Sequence record: NC_016163.1
Strand: one strand, 5' to 3'
DNA: 64,000 nucleotides
How positions within the stretch are numbered: the first letter of the stretch is position 1; each line of letters begins with the position of its first letter. The notes below the pieces were generated by a model. It saw only the letters and a list, made by a program, of their open reading frames with translations. It did no database searches and was not told the origin of the DNA. The position numbers and the translations under genes are program-made. Below, in pieces: positions 29,274 through 37,792 of this stretch.

Positions 29274-29555
29274 ATGTTTTCTATTGATGGTGAGGATTTT
29301 AAAGAATTTGAATTATGGTGTACGGAAAACTTTAAAGATAAGTTTACTATATCCATAGATTTAGATTCATTTAAGCTGTTATCCCATCGATTCTATAATC
29401 TCAATGGAATTTTATCTAACTATAACAAGTATGATATTTTCATTGTTTATCGCTTTTTCTCAATGGTTAAAGAATCAACAATAAGTCTTTATATCTTAAC
29501 TCATATTAAGAATAAGTATAAAGAAACCCTAGAATCTTTCAAGGAGTTTAAATGA
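29274..29555 (+). CDS. Hypothetical protein
   Basis: 93 aa, AGGA RBS, overlaps the RNase H start. Confidence 0.65.
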   Translation: MFSIDGEDFKEFELWCTENFKDKFTISIDLDSFKLLSHRFYNLNGILSNYNKYDIFIVYRFFSMVKESTISLYILTHIKNKYKETLESFKEFK

Positions 29556-30241
29556 GTAAGTCATCATATCGTCTGGAAATTTATAGTGATGGTGGAGCTA
29601 ATCAGAAACACGCTAAATATCCAGATATTGGTGGTACAGGTACTGCTCTCAGACTGGTGAATAACTATACTAAAGAGTACACTAACCTGATAGCGATGCA
29701 GTTCACTACTCATCCTACCACTAACAATCAAATGGAGCTATTTGCTGCCATTATGGGGCTACAGATCGCTAATGAATTACTCGATACTGAAGAGTATGAA
29801 ATTACCGATATCTTCTGGGCTACTGATAGTCAATATACTTTAAAAGGTATTACGGACTGGATTAAAAACTGGAAGAAGAATAAATGGCGTACTTCTGATA
29901 GAAAACCTGTTAAAAATAAACCTTTATGGGTTTATTTTGATAAACTTTATACAGGTATTACTACTGAACAGCGTCAGAAAATTGTTCATAAATGGGTTAA
30001 AGGTCATAATGGTCATGAAATGAATGAATTTTGTGATAAATTGGCCAACTTAGCCTATATTAATGAACGTTGGGAAGGTAAAGCAGATCTTAAGTCAGTA
30101 CAAAGGATTGCAGAACGTTTTAATTTTACGAATCCAGTATTAGGATTCATGACGCTAAATTTAAGGGATTTCCCTACAGCGTTTAATACTGCAGAATCTA
30201 TGGAAGATTTTGTACAATCATTAGTTGAACAAGTAGCTTAA
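29552..30241 (+). CDS. rnhA: Ribonuclease HI
   Basis: IYSDGGA, TTNNQMELFAAI, TDSQYTLKGIT.WIKNWKKNKW, WVKGHNGHEMNEFCDKLA. Confidence 0.95.
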   Translation: MSKSSYRLEIYSDGGANQKHAKYPDIGGTGTALRLVNNYTKEYTNLIAMQFTTHPTTNNQMELFAAIMGLQIANELLDTEEYEITDIFWATDSQYTLKGITDWIKNWKKNKWRTSDRKPVKNKPLWVYFDKLYTGITTEQRQKIVHKWVKGHNGHEMNEFCDKLANLAYINERWEGKADLKSVQRIAERFNFTNPVLGFMTLNLRDFPTAFNTAESMEDFVQSLVEQVA

Positions 30242-30248
30242 ATAACAT

Positions 30249-30276
30249 CCTATATCCTTCTTTTGAGGGATATAGG
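30249..30276. terminator. Hairpin, CCYWTATCC family
   Basis: CCTATATCC-TTCTTTTGAG-GGATATAGG, identical to 1016-1043. Confidence 0.8.
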
Positions 30277-30314
30277 GTTTATACTACTTATATTAATTTT
30301 AAGAGGTAATTAGT

Positions 30315-30635
30315 ATGGCATCTTTTGTAACTCAACCTTTCCATATTGCAACTCCCGGTAATGAGATTGCTGAGGAAATTCGTGATAACCTTGATGAAAA
30401 CTTCCGTGGTACTCCCTCCTTCCAAACAGATGCTGATTTATCTGGTCTGAATAAACAGGAAATTGAAACCATTGAGCAATGTCTCACTGAGCAATTACAA
30501 ACTGAAATTGATAATCATTTCGGTAAGGGTGTGCGTAATCATGAAATGGTTATCCACATTTATCCTGAAAGTAATACTGTTGAGGTAGAGGTTAATGATT
30601 TCTCTACCCCCTTTGATAACTACGACGAGTTTTAA
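30315..30635 (+). CDS. Highly acidic small protein
   Basis: 106 aa, 22 D/E versus 5 K/R; GAGG RBS; hairpins on both sides. Confidence 0.8.
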   Translation: MASFVTQPFHIATPGNEIAEEIRDNLDENFRGTPSFQTDADLSGLNKQEIETIEQCLTEQLQTEIDNHFGKGVRNHEMVIHIYPESNTVEVEVNDFSTPFDNYDEF

Positions 30636-30647
30636 TTTTTAAATAAC

Positions 30648-30675
30648 CCCATATCCTTCTAAAGAGGGATATGGG
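30648..30675. terminator. Hairpin, CCYWTATCC family
   Basis: CCCATATCC...GGATATGGG. Confidence 0.8.
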
Positions 30676-30695
30676 TTTCTAATAAGGAAAATAAA

Positions 30696-31067
30696 GTGAT
30701 TGACAATATTAAATTTTTAGCAATGAATGACACTGCTGGTTTTATTTTGATTCAATTTCTAACAGCAATATTTGCGGCTTATATCGTCTTTCAGGGCAAT
30801 ACAATACTTAAAAGTAAAGGTAAAAAAATTGACCCTAAAACACTATTTGTGATAGCAGCTTTAATTCAAATACTTTCTACATATTTTTTCGGAGCTTATA
30901 TTGGTGGGCAATCTAAAGTAATGCTAGATGATAAAAAGATCATTTGCAGTTCTATAAAAGATTCCACATTTGACCCCTCTAGTAGAAACTGTTACATACC
31001 AGTTATTGTAGACGGTAAATCTGTTAAAGCTCGCATTGAAAATTATTATCTCATGGAGAGTAAATAA
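30696..31067 (+). CDS. 2-TM membrane protein with C-terminal Cys pair (paralog 1)
   Basis: Two hydrophobic segments, basic loop, C-x14-C. Confidence 0.75.
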   Translation: MIDNIKFLAMNDTAGFILIQFLTAIFAAYIVFQGNTILKSKGKKIDPKTLFVIAALIQILSTYFFGAYIGGQSKVMLDDKKIICSSIKDSTFDPSSRNCYIPVIVDGKSVKARIENYYLMESK

Positions 31068-31447
31068 TGTTTATTAATACTACATATCTTTTGTCACATG
31101 CACCTGGAATTTCATTCTTATGTGTAGTACTAGCTATTTTAGTACTAGGTGTAGTAGGTATTTTAATGTCCTTAATTAAGGTCAAACATCCCGTACTAGT
31201 AGTGGTAGTATTAATTTTAGTATTTGCTGGTACGTTTATCAGTTCTACTTCTTTATTTGGTAAGTTAGAGCGTATAAAAGATGATCTTCATAAAAAGATC
31301 TGTTTAGACGTTTATACTTTGTCAAATTATGATGAACCTACCAGAACTTGCTATATCAGAGCCATTTCTAAATCTGGTAAACCAATTGAAATCCCTATTA
31401 AAGAACCTTCATTCAAGGTTATTGATACAAACAAATTCATAAAATAA
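31067..31447 (+). CDS. 2-TM membrane protein with C-terminal Cys pair (paralog 2)
   Basis: Two hydrophobic segments, C-x15-C. Confidence 0.75.
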   Translation: MFINTTYLLSHAPGISFLCVVLAILVLGVVGILMSLIKVKHPVLVVVVLILVFAGTFISSTSLFGKLERIKDDLHKKICLDVYTLSNYDEPTRTCYIRAISKSGKPIEIPIKEPSFKVIDTNKFIK

Positions 31448-31459
31448 AGATAAATACTC

Positions 31460-31549
31460 ATGCTAAAAGACATACTGAGAACTTTATTCAAATCCTTAGT
31501 ATGTCTTCTTATTTTAATAACCTATTGTATAGCCGTATATATGTGGTAA
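31460..31549 (+). CDS. 29-aa hydrophobic peptide
   Basis: MLKDILRTLFKSLVCLLILITYCIAVYMW; fills the gap between paralogs. Confidence 0.4.
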   Translation: MLKDILRTLFKSLVCLLILITYCIAVYMW

Positions 31550-31553
31550 GTTT

Positions 31554-31646
31554 ATGTCTAAAGCTAATTTAGTTCTATTTACGCTATTTATAATACTTTT
31601 TTGTCTGTATTCAGTTTACTCATACACACCATTAAGAGAACTATAA
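31554..31646 (+). CDS. 30-aa hydrophobic peptide
   Basis: MSKANLVLFTLFYNTFCLYSVYSYTPLREL; stop is 1 nt before the next ATG. Confidence 0.35.
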   Translation: MSKANLVLFTLFIILFCLYSVYSYTPLREL

Positions 31647-31647
31647 A

Positions 31648-32049
31648 ATGGATGATTTACAATATTATTCATCGATGGATACATTAGATTACGCAGTTAG
31701 CGGGGTATTCCCATTCCTAAAATTCTTAGGGTGTTTAATAGGGGGATTCAGTTTAGGGTGGGTAGCATTTAATAGCATTATTCCACGTATTTTCAAAAGA
31801 CCTATACAGGACAATAATACCGCAGCATTTTTAACAGTCTTCTTTACTTGGACTCTAACATATACAGTGATGAAGTATAATAGAGATACCGTAGTAGAAA
31901 TACTAGTGGGATGTTCACATATACCTAATGCTGAATTCATTAAACCATTAGAAATGTGTACGTTCCCTGTAGAAACTGAATCAGGTACAATAAAAGTCAG
32001 TGTAGATAAGAGTTATAACTTTATCCTTCCAATAGAAATGGGGAAATAG
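31648..32049 (+). CDS. 2-TM membrane protein with C-terminal Cys pair (paralog 3)
   Basis: Two hydrophobic segments, basic loop, C-x14-C. Confidence 0.75.
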   Translation: MDDLQYYSSMDTLDYAVSGVFPFLKFLGCLIGGFSLGWVAFNSIIPRIFKRPIQDNNTAAFLTVFFTWTLTYTVMKYNRDTVVEILVGCSHIPNAEFIKPLEMCTFPVETESGTIKVSVDKSYNFILPIEMGK

Positions 32050-32052
32050 CTA

Positions 32053-32412
32053 ATGAAAATAGAAAAAGTATGGGTAGATGACTTAAGAGACCCAAATAAC
32101 TTTGTAAGTGATAAAAGCTATCTGGATTATCTTATTTGGGTGAAGACGTATAGTGTATCTATCGACGTTATAAATACCCATGAGAGTACTATTACTACAA
32201 TTCATCTTGATAATGACTTAGGTGAAGAGAAAGAGGGTAGGCATGTATTTAATCATATAGAGGAACTACTTCATGAGGGTAAGTTAGGTTCTCTTAAGAC
32301 AATTATTATTCATAGTAGTAATTATGGAGCTGTAGACCTTATGATGTCAGCCAAAGATATCATAAAGGGGAAATACGGTATAACTCTTACTAAACGGACA
32401 TATAATATCTAA
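32053..32412 (+). CDS. Cyclic-phosphate-processing receiver domain protein
   Basis: VWVDDLRDP...IHLDNDLG...G..V...IEE...IHSSN..A..M. Confidence 0.78.
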   Translation: MKIEKVWVDDLRDPNNFVSDKSYLDYLIWVKTYSVSIDVINTHESTITTIHLDNDLGEEKEGRHVFNHIEELLHEGKLGSLKTIIIHSSNYGAVDLMMSAKDIIKGKYGITLTKRTYNI

Positions 32413-32660
32413 TGAAAACTTGGAAGCTTCCAGGATATAGAGTAGTTAATGGGTTTCCTACTCTATTAACTGATTTTAGTAGTAAAAAGTTGCAAATGAC
32501 TCTCTATTTCACCTTATTTATGGAGTCATATGGTGAAATAAGTAGAGATCTAAATGATAATGGCGATTTACCCCTATTTATCCGTAGAAATGTTCCTCCA
32601 ATGAACTTCATAGGTATTCAACTTAGAGAATATAATGCATGGAGACCTAAAAGGTTATGA
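32412..32660 (+). CDS. Hypothetical protein
   Basis: 82 aa, coupled start. Confidence 0.55.
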   Translation: MKTWKLPGYRVVNGFPTLLTDFSSKKLQMTLYFTLFMESYGEISRDLNDNGDLPLFIRRNVPPMNFIGIQLREYNAWRPKRL

Positions 32661-32926
32661 AACATATTAAACGACTACATGATATCGTATCAATAAGTAA
32701 TTATCCTAGAGACTATCATCTGTTCTTAGAAATGACTATTAGAGAAATAGCTGAGTTTACTCTTATTAGTCATTTTACAAGCAGTAAGTCATTTCCTCTT
32801 ATTAATGAAGAAACTTGTTATTGTATGGAGCTTCCAGTAGGAGTTATACGAAGTATACCATTAAGTTTTATTGATATATGGGAGAATAGAGGTGAAGATA
32901 TTCTCTTTAGAGACCGCATTAAATAG
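32657..32926 (+). CDS. Hypothetical protein
   Basis: 89 aa, ATGA overlap. Confidence 0.55.
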   Translation: MKHIKRLHDIVSISNYPRDYHLFLEMTIREIAEFTLISHFTSSKSFPLINEETCYCMELPVGVIRSIPLSFIDIWENRGEDILFRDRIK

Positions 32927-33104
32927 AAAGAAACCTATACGTGAAAGTGTGAAATTTAAAGTGATAACGGAGATATATTATATCATTAGAGAAGGAGATC
33001 CTGATTATCTTCCGTATTATTGGACTGGACACGAGCTGATACCAGATCACATATCATTTAAATTGTGGTACAGGGTAAATATGTATGAGAATAGTAAGAT
33101 TTGA
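32871..33104 (+). CDS. Hypothetical protein (start uncertain)
   Basis: 77-aa ORF in the array. Confidence 0.4.
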   Translation: MIYGRIEVKIFSLETALNRKKPIRESVKFKVITEIYYIIREGDPDYLPYYWTGHELIPDHISFKLWYRVNMYENSKI

Positions 33105-33291
33105 AATAACTCATAGTCTTTCTTCAGTGAGGCATAACCGATATAATCATATTTATTATTCATTATTATCTATAATTCAAAGAGCTAATTCAGAATTAAG
33201 TATAGATTTCAATAATACTTTGGTAGATAAGGATAAATGGATACCGCTTTCTAATCTATCATTTAAATTATACACATATAAACTAATTTGA
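33085..33291 (+). CDS. Hypothetical protein
   Basis: 68-aa ORF in the array. Confidence 0.45.
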   Translation: MRIVRFEITHSLSSVRHNRYNHIYYSLLSIIQRANSELSIDFNNTLVDKDKWIPLSNLSFKLYTYKLI

Positions 33292-33299
33292 GAATTAAA

Positions 33300-33800
33300 A
33301 TGATTATTTATCGAGTTGAATTAGGGTTTTCTCTATTAGAATATCATTCTGACGGTACATATTATGCCCATAAGAACTTAGGGCCATATACTGGTCGTTG
33401 GGTAACAAGTAAGCTATTAGGATATGAAGTTAATCTTAATGGTACTAATTTAATCAATGCGCCTGAACCAGAGAATGATAATCTACTAGGGTGTAGCCAT
33501 CGTCAATTCGGGTTCAAAGATCTACGTAGTTTAGGTAATTGGTTCCATAGCTGTTGGCGTAGTATGGAAAAATGCGGATATCATATCGGTGTATATGAGT
33601 GTCCAGATAAGTACGTTAAAGAAGGTGGTAGACAGGTAGCATTTTATTTAGATAAAGCTACCCCAATACAATCTATTTCGTTTAAGGAGTTTATTCGAGA
33701 AAGGATGTATTTTATGAAGGATTTAAGTGAAATTAAGACCGTTTCTACTGAAAAATCCTTAAAAAATGATCGAGATTTAATGTCAATTGTATTTAACTGA
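33300..33800 (+). CDS. Conserved-looking phage protein (YRVE...GPY...FGF...WF...GxxQVxF family)
   Basis: Motif pattern seen in many phage hypotheticals; start moved to ATG 33300. Confidence 0.6.
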   Translation: MIIYRVELGFSLLEYHSDGTYYAHKNLGPYTGRWVTSKLLGYEVNLNGTNLINAPEPENDNLLGCSHRQFGFKDLRSLGNWFHSCWRSMEKCGYHIGVYECPDKYVKEGGRQVAFYLDKATPIQSISFKEFIRERMYFMKDLSEIKTVSTEKSLKNDRDLMSIVFN

Positions 33801-33818
33801 TAAAAGGTATAAAAAATA

Positions 33819-34550
33819 ATGACTACTGCTAAGAAAACTAAAAAAGAGAAAGACAATTTCCTGAATACTATTACTAAATGTGGTACCGGAGAGCGGCGTC
33901 CTTTCTTTGGTAGTATTGAATTAGCTATGTTTGAGAAACTTCATAATAAAATTATGAAGACTAAGCTCGAACTCTGTTTTGAGTATGATAAGCTTAAAAA
34001 TAAGTTTATTGCCGATATTCATGATAGCAGTCAGGAGCATCTTACTAAGCTTTTCAGGATGATCAAGGAAGCTAAACATTTAGCTTCAATCTACCAGGAA
34101 ATGTATAACCAGGATCCTAAATATTTCCATTCCTTCCAGTTCTTTAAAAATGAAGAATTGGAGGCGTGGATGAATAAACGTCTTAATGATATTAATGAAA
34201 TTAATGATAATTATCATTTTGATGAAGTTGAAGGTAAGCTTTTCGTACGTATGTCGTTATCAAATGAAAAATATAGTGTAAGTAAAGAAAATATTGTATT
34301 TTTCAATAAGCCCGTACCAGAAGGTGAAGAGAGTACCGAAACTTCTATCACATTCTCTATTGGTGAAAACTTTGAATTAACTACCACCACTAATATTGTG
34401 CGTATGGCAAATACTCTTTATCGTACGGTTTATGCGTTAAATCCACACAAGTTAGAAATGTGTGATTCTACCCCTATTGATCATGCCAAGCTTAATATTG
34501 ATTTTAAGAATCCAATTAATAATAAGCTTGTAATTGAATTAGAAAACTAA
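33819..34550 (+). CDS. Hypothetical protein
   Basis: 243 aa, AAAGG RBS. Confidence 0.75.
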   Translation: MTTAKKTKKEKDNFLNTITKCGTGERRPFFGSIELAMFEKLHNKIMKTKLELCFEYDKLKNKFIADIHDSSQEHLTKLFRMIKEAKHLASIYQEMYNQDPKYFHSFQFFKNEELEAWMNKRLNDINEINDNYHFDEVEGKLFVRMSLSNEKYSVSKENIVFFNKPVPEGEESTETSITFSIGENFELTTTTNIVRMANTLYRTVYALNPHKLEMCDSTPIDHAKLNIDFKNPINNKLVIELEN

Positions 34551-34609
34551 TCTTTCAAAAGGGAGTAATTTTACTCCCTTTATCTTATATATTAATAAGG
34601 GATAAAAAA

Positions 34610-35215
34610 GTGGAAAAGATTTGTAAAAAATTATTGTCTTACTCATTAGCAAAATCTTCTCGTAATGGTTTGTCATTTACCTATAATGGTGAAAAATTTG
34701 TATCTTCCGAAGATTGGTTATCTGAAAATCAACCAGAAGAAATGTCATATTATCGTTTCTTTGAGTATCTTCGCCGTTACATGGATTTAAATATTGATAT
34801 GTTTGAAGAACATGAGTTGTTAGTACAAAATATTACTAATAAAATCATCAAACATATCCATTTTGATGCAGATCTATATCATTATCATAAAGATCACTTG
34901 ATTTTTGCCATTCGTCATAATGTTTATCATTCATATTTAGATGCTAGTGTTACTGATAACAGAACTACTAGTATTGCATCTACAAGTGCTTTCTTTGATA
35001 AAGAAGGTATTACTATTAATGATAAGCTATTCCTGGAAAACTTTATGTTTGCCCACAATGTCAATGAACTACGTATGAATTTGGTGGTTCAAGATATTGA
35101 GAATGAACCAGTAATTATCATGACTATTAAACCGTATAATTATGGTTTGCTTAGTGATGAAGAATCAAGCATGTCAGATGAAGAATTAGAAATTCCTATG
35201 CCGCTTAAAAAGTAA
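34610..35215 (+). CDS. Hypothetical protein
   Basis: 201 aa, GTG start with AAGGA RBS. Confidence 0.75.
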   Translation: MEKICKKLLSYSLAKSSRNGLSFTYNGEKFVSSEDWLSENQPEEMSYYRFFEYLRRYMDLNIDMFEEHELLVQNITNKIIKHIHFDADLYHYHKDHLIFAIRHNVYHSYLDASVTDNRTTSIASTSAFFDKEGITINDKLFLENFMFAHNVNELRMNLVVQDIENEPVIIMTIKPYNYGLLSDEESSMSDEELEIPMPLKK

Positions 35216-35227
35216 AGGTGTAAAATA

Positions 35228-35497
35228 ATGAGTGAATATTCCGGTTGTTTTACTTGGTCAGATTTGGATAAGAAACATAAGCTTAAATTGATTAGTAAAA
35301 AGTTTCTTGAAAAATACCCTTATCTATCTAAAAAAGTTTGCATTGGAGACTCATTCACAATTATCAAAATGGGAGGTCAAGAAGACTTCACTTATGGTAA
35401 TTCAATGTGGGCACACATTAAACACAATCATCTAGGTATTGAAATTATGATTACTCGTGATGATTCTGATTTCTTCTATCATAAATACAGCCGATAA
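35228..35497 (+). CDS. Hypothetical protein
   Basis: 89 aa, AAGGTG RBS. Confidence 0.7.
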   Translation: MSEYSGCFTWSDLDKKHKLKLISKKFLEKYPYLSKKVCIGDSFTIIKMGGQEDFTYGNSMWAHIKHNHLGIEIMITRDDSDFFYHKYSR

Positions 35498-35511
35498 GTT
35501 GTAATAAAACT

Positions 35512-35540
35512 CCCTATACCCTCTTTATGAAGGTATAGGG
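35512..35540. terminator. Bidirectional hairpin terminator, CCYWTAT family
   Basis: CCCTATACC...GGTATAGGG between convergent genes. Confidence 0.8.
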
Positions 35541-35554
35541 AATTATTTTTTTTT

Positions 35555-35857
35555 TTATGAAAGTTGTCTTACTCTACCAAATTCAAACTCTCTTTCCTCG
35601 ATATAATCGGAAGATTCAGAGAAATAGGTAGTTAATACTTGTTCAGCAAAGCCTACTACTTGACCATCAAGTTCCATGTTATTTCTCATAGCACGAACTC
35701 TTTTAGCTGCATCTTTGAAGTCTTTACCATAGAAGTTGATACCAAATTTCTTACCATCTTCATCAAAATATTCAGCTGCAAAGAGATGCCATTCTTCATT
35801 GTCCACTACTACTGTAGTAGGATTAGCTCTAGCATTGGTAACTTTTACGTCGGTCAT
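35555..35857 (-). CDS. Hypothetical protein
   Basis: 100 aa, AAGG RBS. Confidence 0.7.
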   Translation of the reverse strand: MTDVKVTNARANPTTVVVDNEEWHLFAAEYFDEDGKKFGINFYGKDFKDAAKRVRAMRNNMELDGQVVGFAEQVLTTYFSESSDYIEEREFEFGRVRQLS

Positions 35858-35869
35858 ATTAAACCTTAC

Positions 35870-36277
35870 TTAGTTTTTTGCTAATTTAGCCTTAGCTTTA
35901 CCAAGGAACTCGTTATTGAGTTGAGTAGTGATAGTAATAATAGCCTGATTGTAATTCTTAATATCAGCTGCATCACCACTAGTATTAGCGATACGTTTTA
36001 AACCACCTGCAGCTTTAATCCATTTTTCCAGTTTAGACACTAAACCTTCCAGAGAGGATTTATCATCTGCTGCATCAAGCATACCCTGAAGTTTGTCAGT
36101 ATGCATTTTCTTAAATAGTTCTTTTTTCTCACTATCAGGGAAGTTAGAAATGCCTAAAGAATGCATTGCTTTTCTAAAAGTAAAAGTACTATTAGTTTTA
36201 AAGTTACCCTTAGCTTCTTCCCAACCAACACCTTCCAATAGCTGGCATACTAATTCATTATTACCCATGATTTTCAT
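35870..36277 (-). CDS. Putative small virion protein
   Basis: 135 aa, QLLE motif, late promoter. Confidence 0.6.
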   Translation of the reverse strand: MKIMGNNELVCQLLEGVGWEEAKGNFKTNSTFTFRKAMHSLGISNFPDSEKKELFKKMHTDKLQGMLDAADDKSSLEGLVSKLEKWIKAAGGLKRIANTSGDAADIKNYNQAIITITTQLNNEFLGKAKAKLAKN

Positions 36278-36294
36278 CCAAAGTGATTAAATTT

Positions 36295-36307
36295 CTATGA
36301 AAATGTT
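36295..36307 (-). promoter_or_regulatory. Putative late promoter
   Basis: AACA-TTTTCA-TAG. Confidence 0.75.
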
Positions 36308-36309
36308 CA

Positions 36310-37719
36310 CTAGATTGATAAAGTAAATAATAAATTACCACAGTCATAAATTATACCATATCCATTATTGAGCATATTCTGTTGCTCTGATAATGATTCA
36401 TCAAAATTTTCTAATTTTTCACTAAGTAATCTCTTCTGGAAATTTGCTCTATGAAAAACTTGGCCGTAAAACTTATCCGTATACCAGTATCCTGGATTAG
36501 ATACTGATGTTAATTCGAAACCATTTTTAATATAAACTTCACCAAAAGAATATCTGAGATTAGCATAAGAAATAATAGAATTTATATTCAAGTTAGATTC
36601 TTTAAAATCTTTTATGGCGAAATTAAGCAATTTACTAAAACCACCAACTATATTAATATCTGAAATAGAAGCAAATCTTAATAATTCTAATGTATTTTCA
36701 TCATTTCTATTAAGTAATTTTCTAGTTTTGGAGAAGGTTATTACTGCACATAACTCATCTTCAAAGAATAATCCATAATTGAAGGATGCGTTACATTTAC
36801 CTTGCATATGATATGTATCTAAGAATACATTTGATTCTTTAGGGGTAATCTTTTTAACTGCACATTTGCGAGCAAAAATTTTATATGAATTGGCTTGTAA
36901 AAGGCTTTTTAGTCTAGATTTTAATTTTTTTCTAGTCCTAGCCCATTCACAGTCAAAAATATTATAAATTCTTATACCTTGATCATAAGCCTCCTCCATT
37001 TTTTCAAAAATATGATATTTTTTTCTAGCCCTATTAGTTTTATTTATACTATGCCAAAATATACCATTTACTTCTATACCAATCTTCATAGATGGTATGT
37101 ATATATCAATTTCTTTCCGTTTATCACTAGGAAGTAATCCTTTAACATTTTTTAAGATTTCAATATCATTTGGTAGAATTTTACGAATAAACATATAAAT
37201 TTCATTTTCTACTTTTGAATCACCATTACTTTTATTTTGATGGTGTAAATGAGGGGATCCATTACCCATCATCAGCTCTCTAGGTCGGATAAAAAATGGT
37301 TTACCAGTAGTTTTGCATATTACTTCAATTTTTGTATTTGTATCTTTATATTTAGATAGGCTAAAATCCATTTTGTCTTTTACAGAAGGATATTTAGCTT
37401 CTAATTTACTTACAAACGTTTCTAAAGAGAAACGTTGAGTATCAGCAGCTTTTTTATAACGGCAATGAGGGCATCCTGTTTTGATTTCTTTTTTACGTAC
37501 AGCTATAAGATTAGTAGGAGTCATCAAAAAAGATTTTTTACATTTATTGTGGATTACTTCTATTTTATCTTGTACCGATTTATATTTTATTGTAGGTGAT
37601 AAAGAGTATTCATTATTAATATTACACTCATTAAAGCTATCAATAAACTTATTCAAATTATTGATATAAATTTTTGATGAACTACCATCAGTTAATTCAT
37701 CAAATTTAGAAATTTGCAT
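36310..37719 (-). mobile_element. Free-standing homing endonuclease gene (DUF723-like repeats, Vsr-like nuclease, GNAT-like C-terminal domain)
   Basis: KIEVIHNKC...GCPHC and KIEVICK repeats; EIDIYIP...GIEVNGIFWH; FLDTYHMQG...ELLRFAS...SYANLRYS. Confidence 0.8.
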
Positions 37720-37724
37720 AAAAA

Positions 37725-37765
37725 CCTCTCATGAACAATTTAACTAATTTTATGTTCATGAGAGG
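37725..37765 (-). promoter_or_regulatory. RBS-sequestering hairpin with a late promoter overlapping it
   Basis: 13-bp perfect arms CCTCTCATGAACA / TGTTCATGAGAGG; AACA-TAAAAT-TAG at 37756-37744; GAGAGG RBS in the 3' arm. Confidence 0.8.
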
Positions 37766-37792
37766 AGTTCATTAAGAAAATTTATGGAAATA

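Noticed and set aside
32909-32922. 14-nt match GAGACCGCATTAAA shared with 39319-39332 (possible antisense target of the candidate RNA)
   Set aside because: Matches of this length are expected by chance in a 64-kb AT-rich window, and there is no extension on either side.
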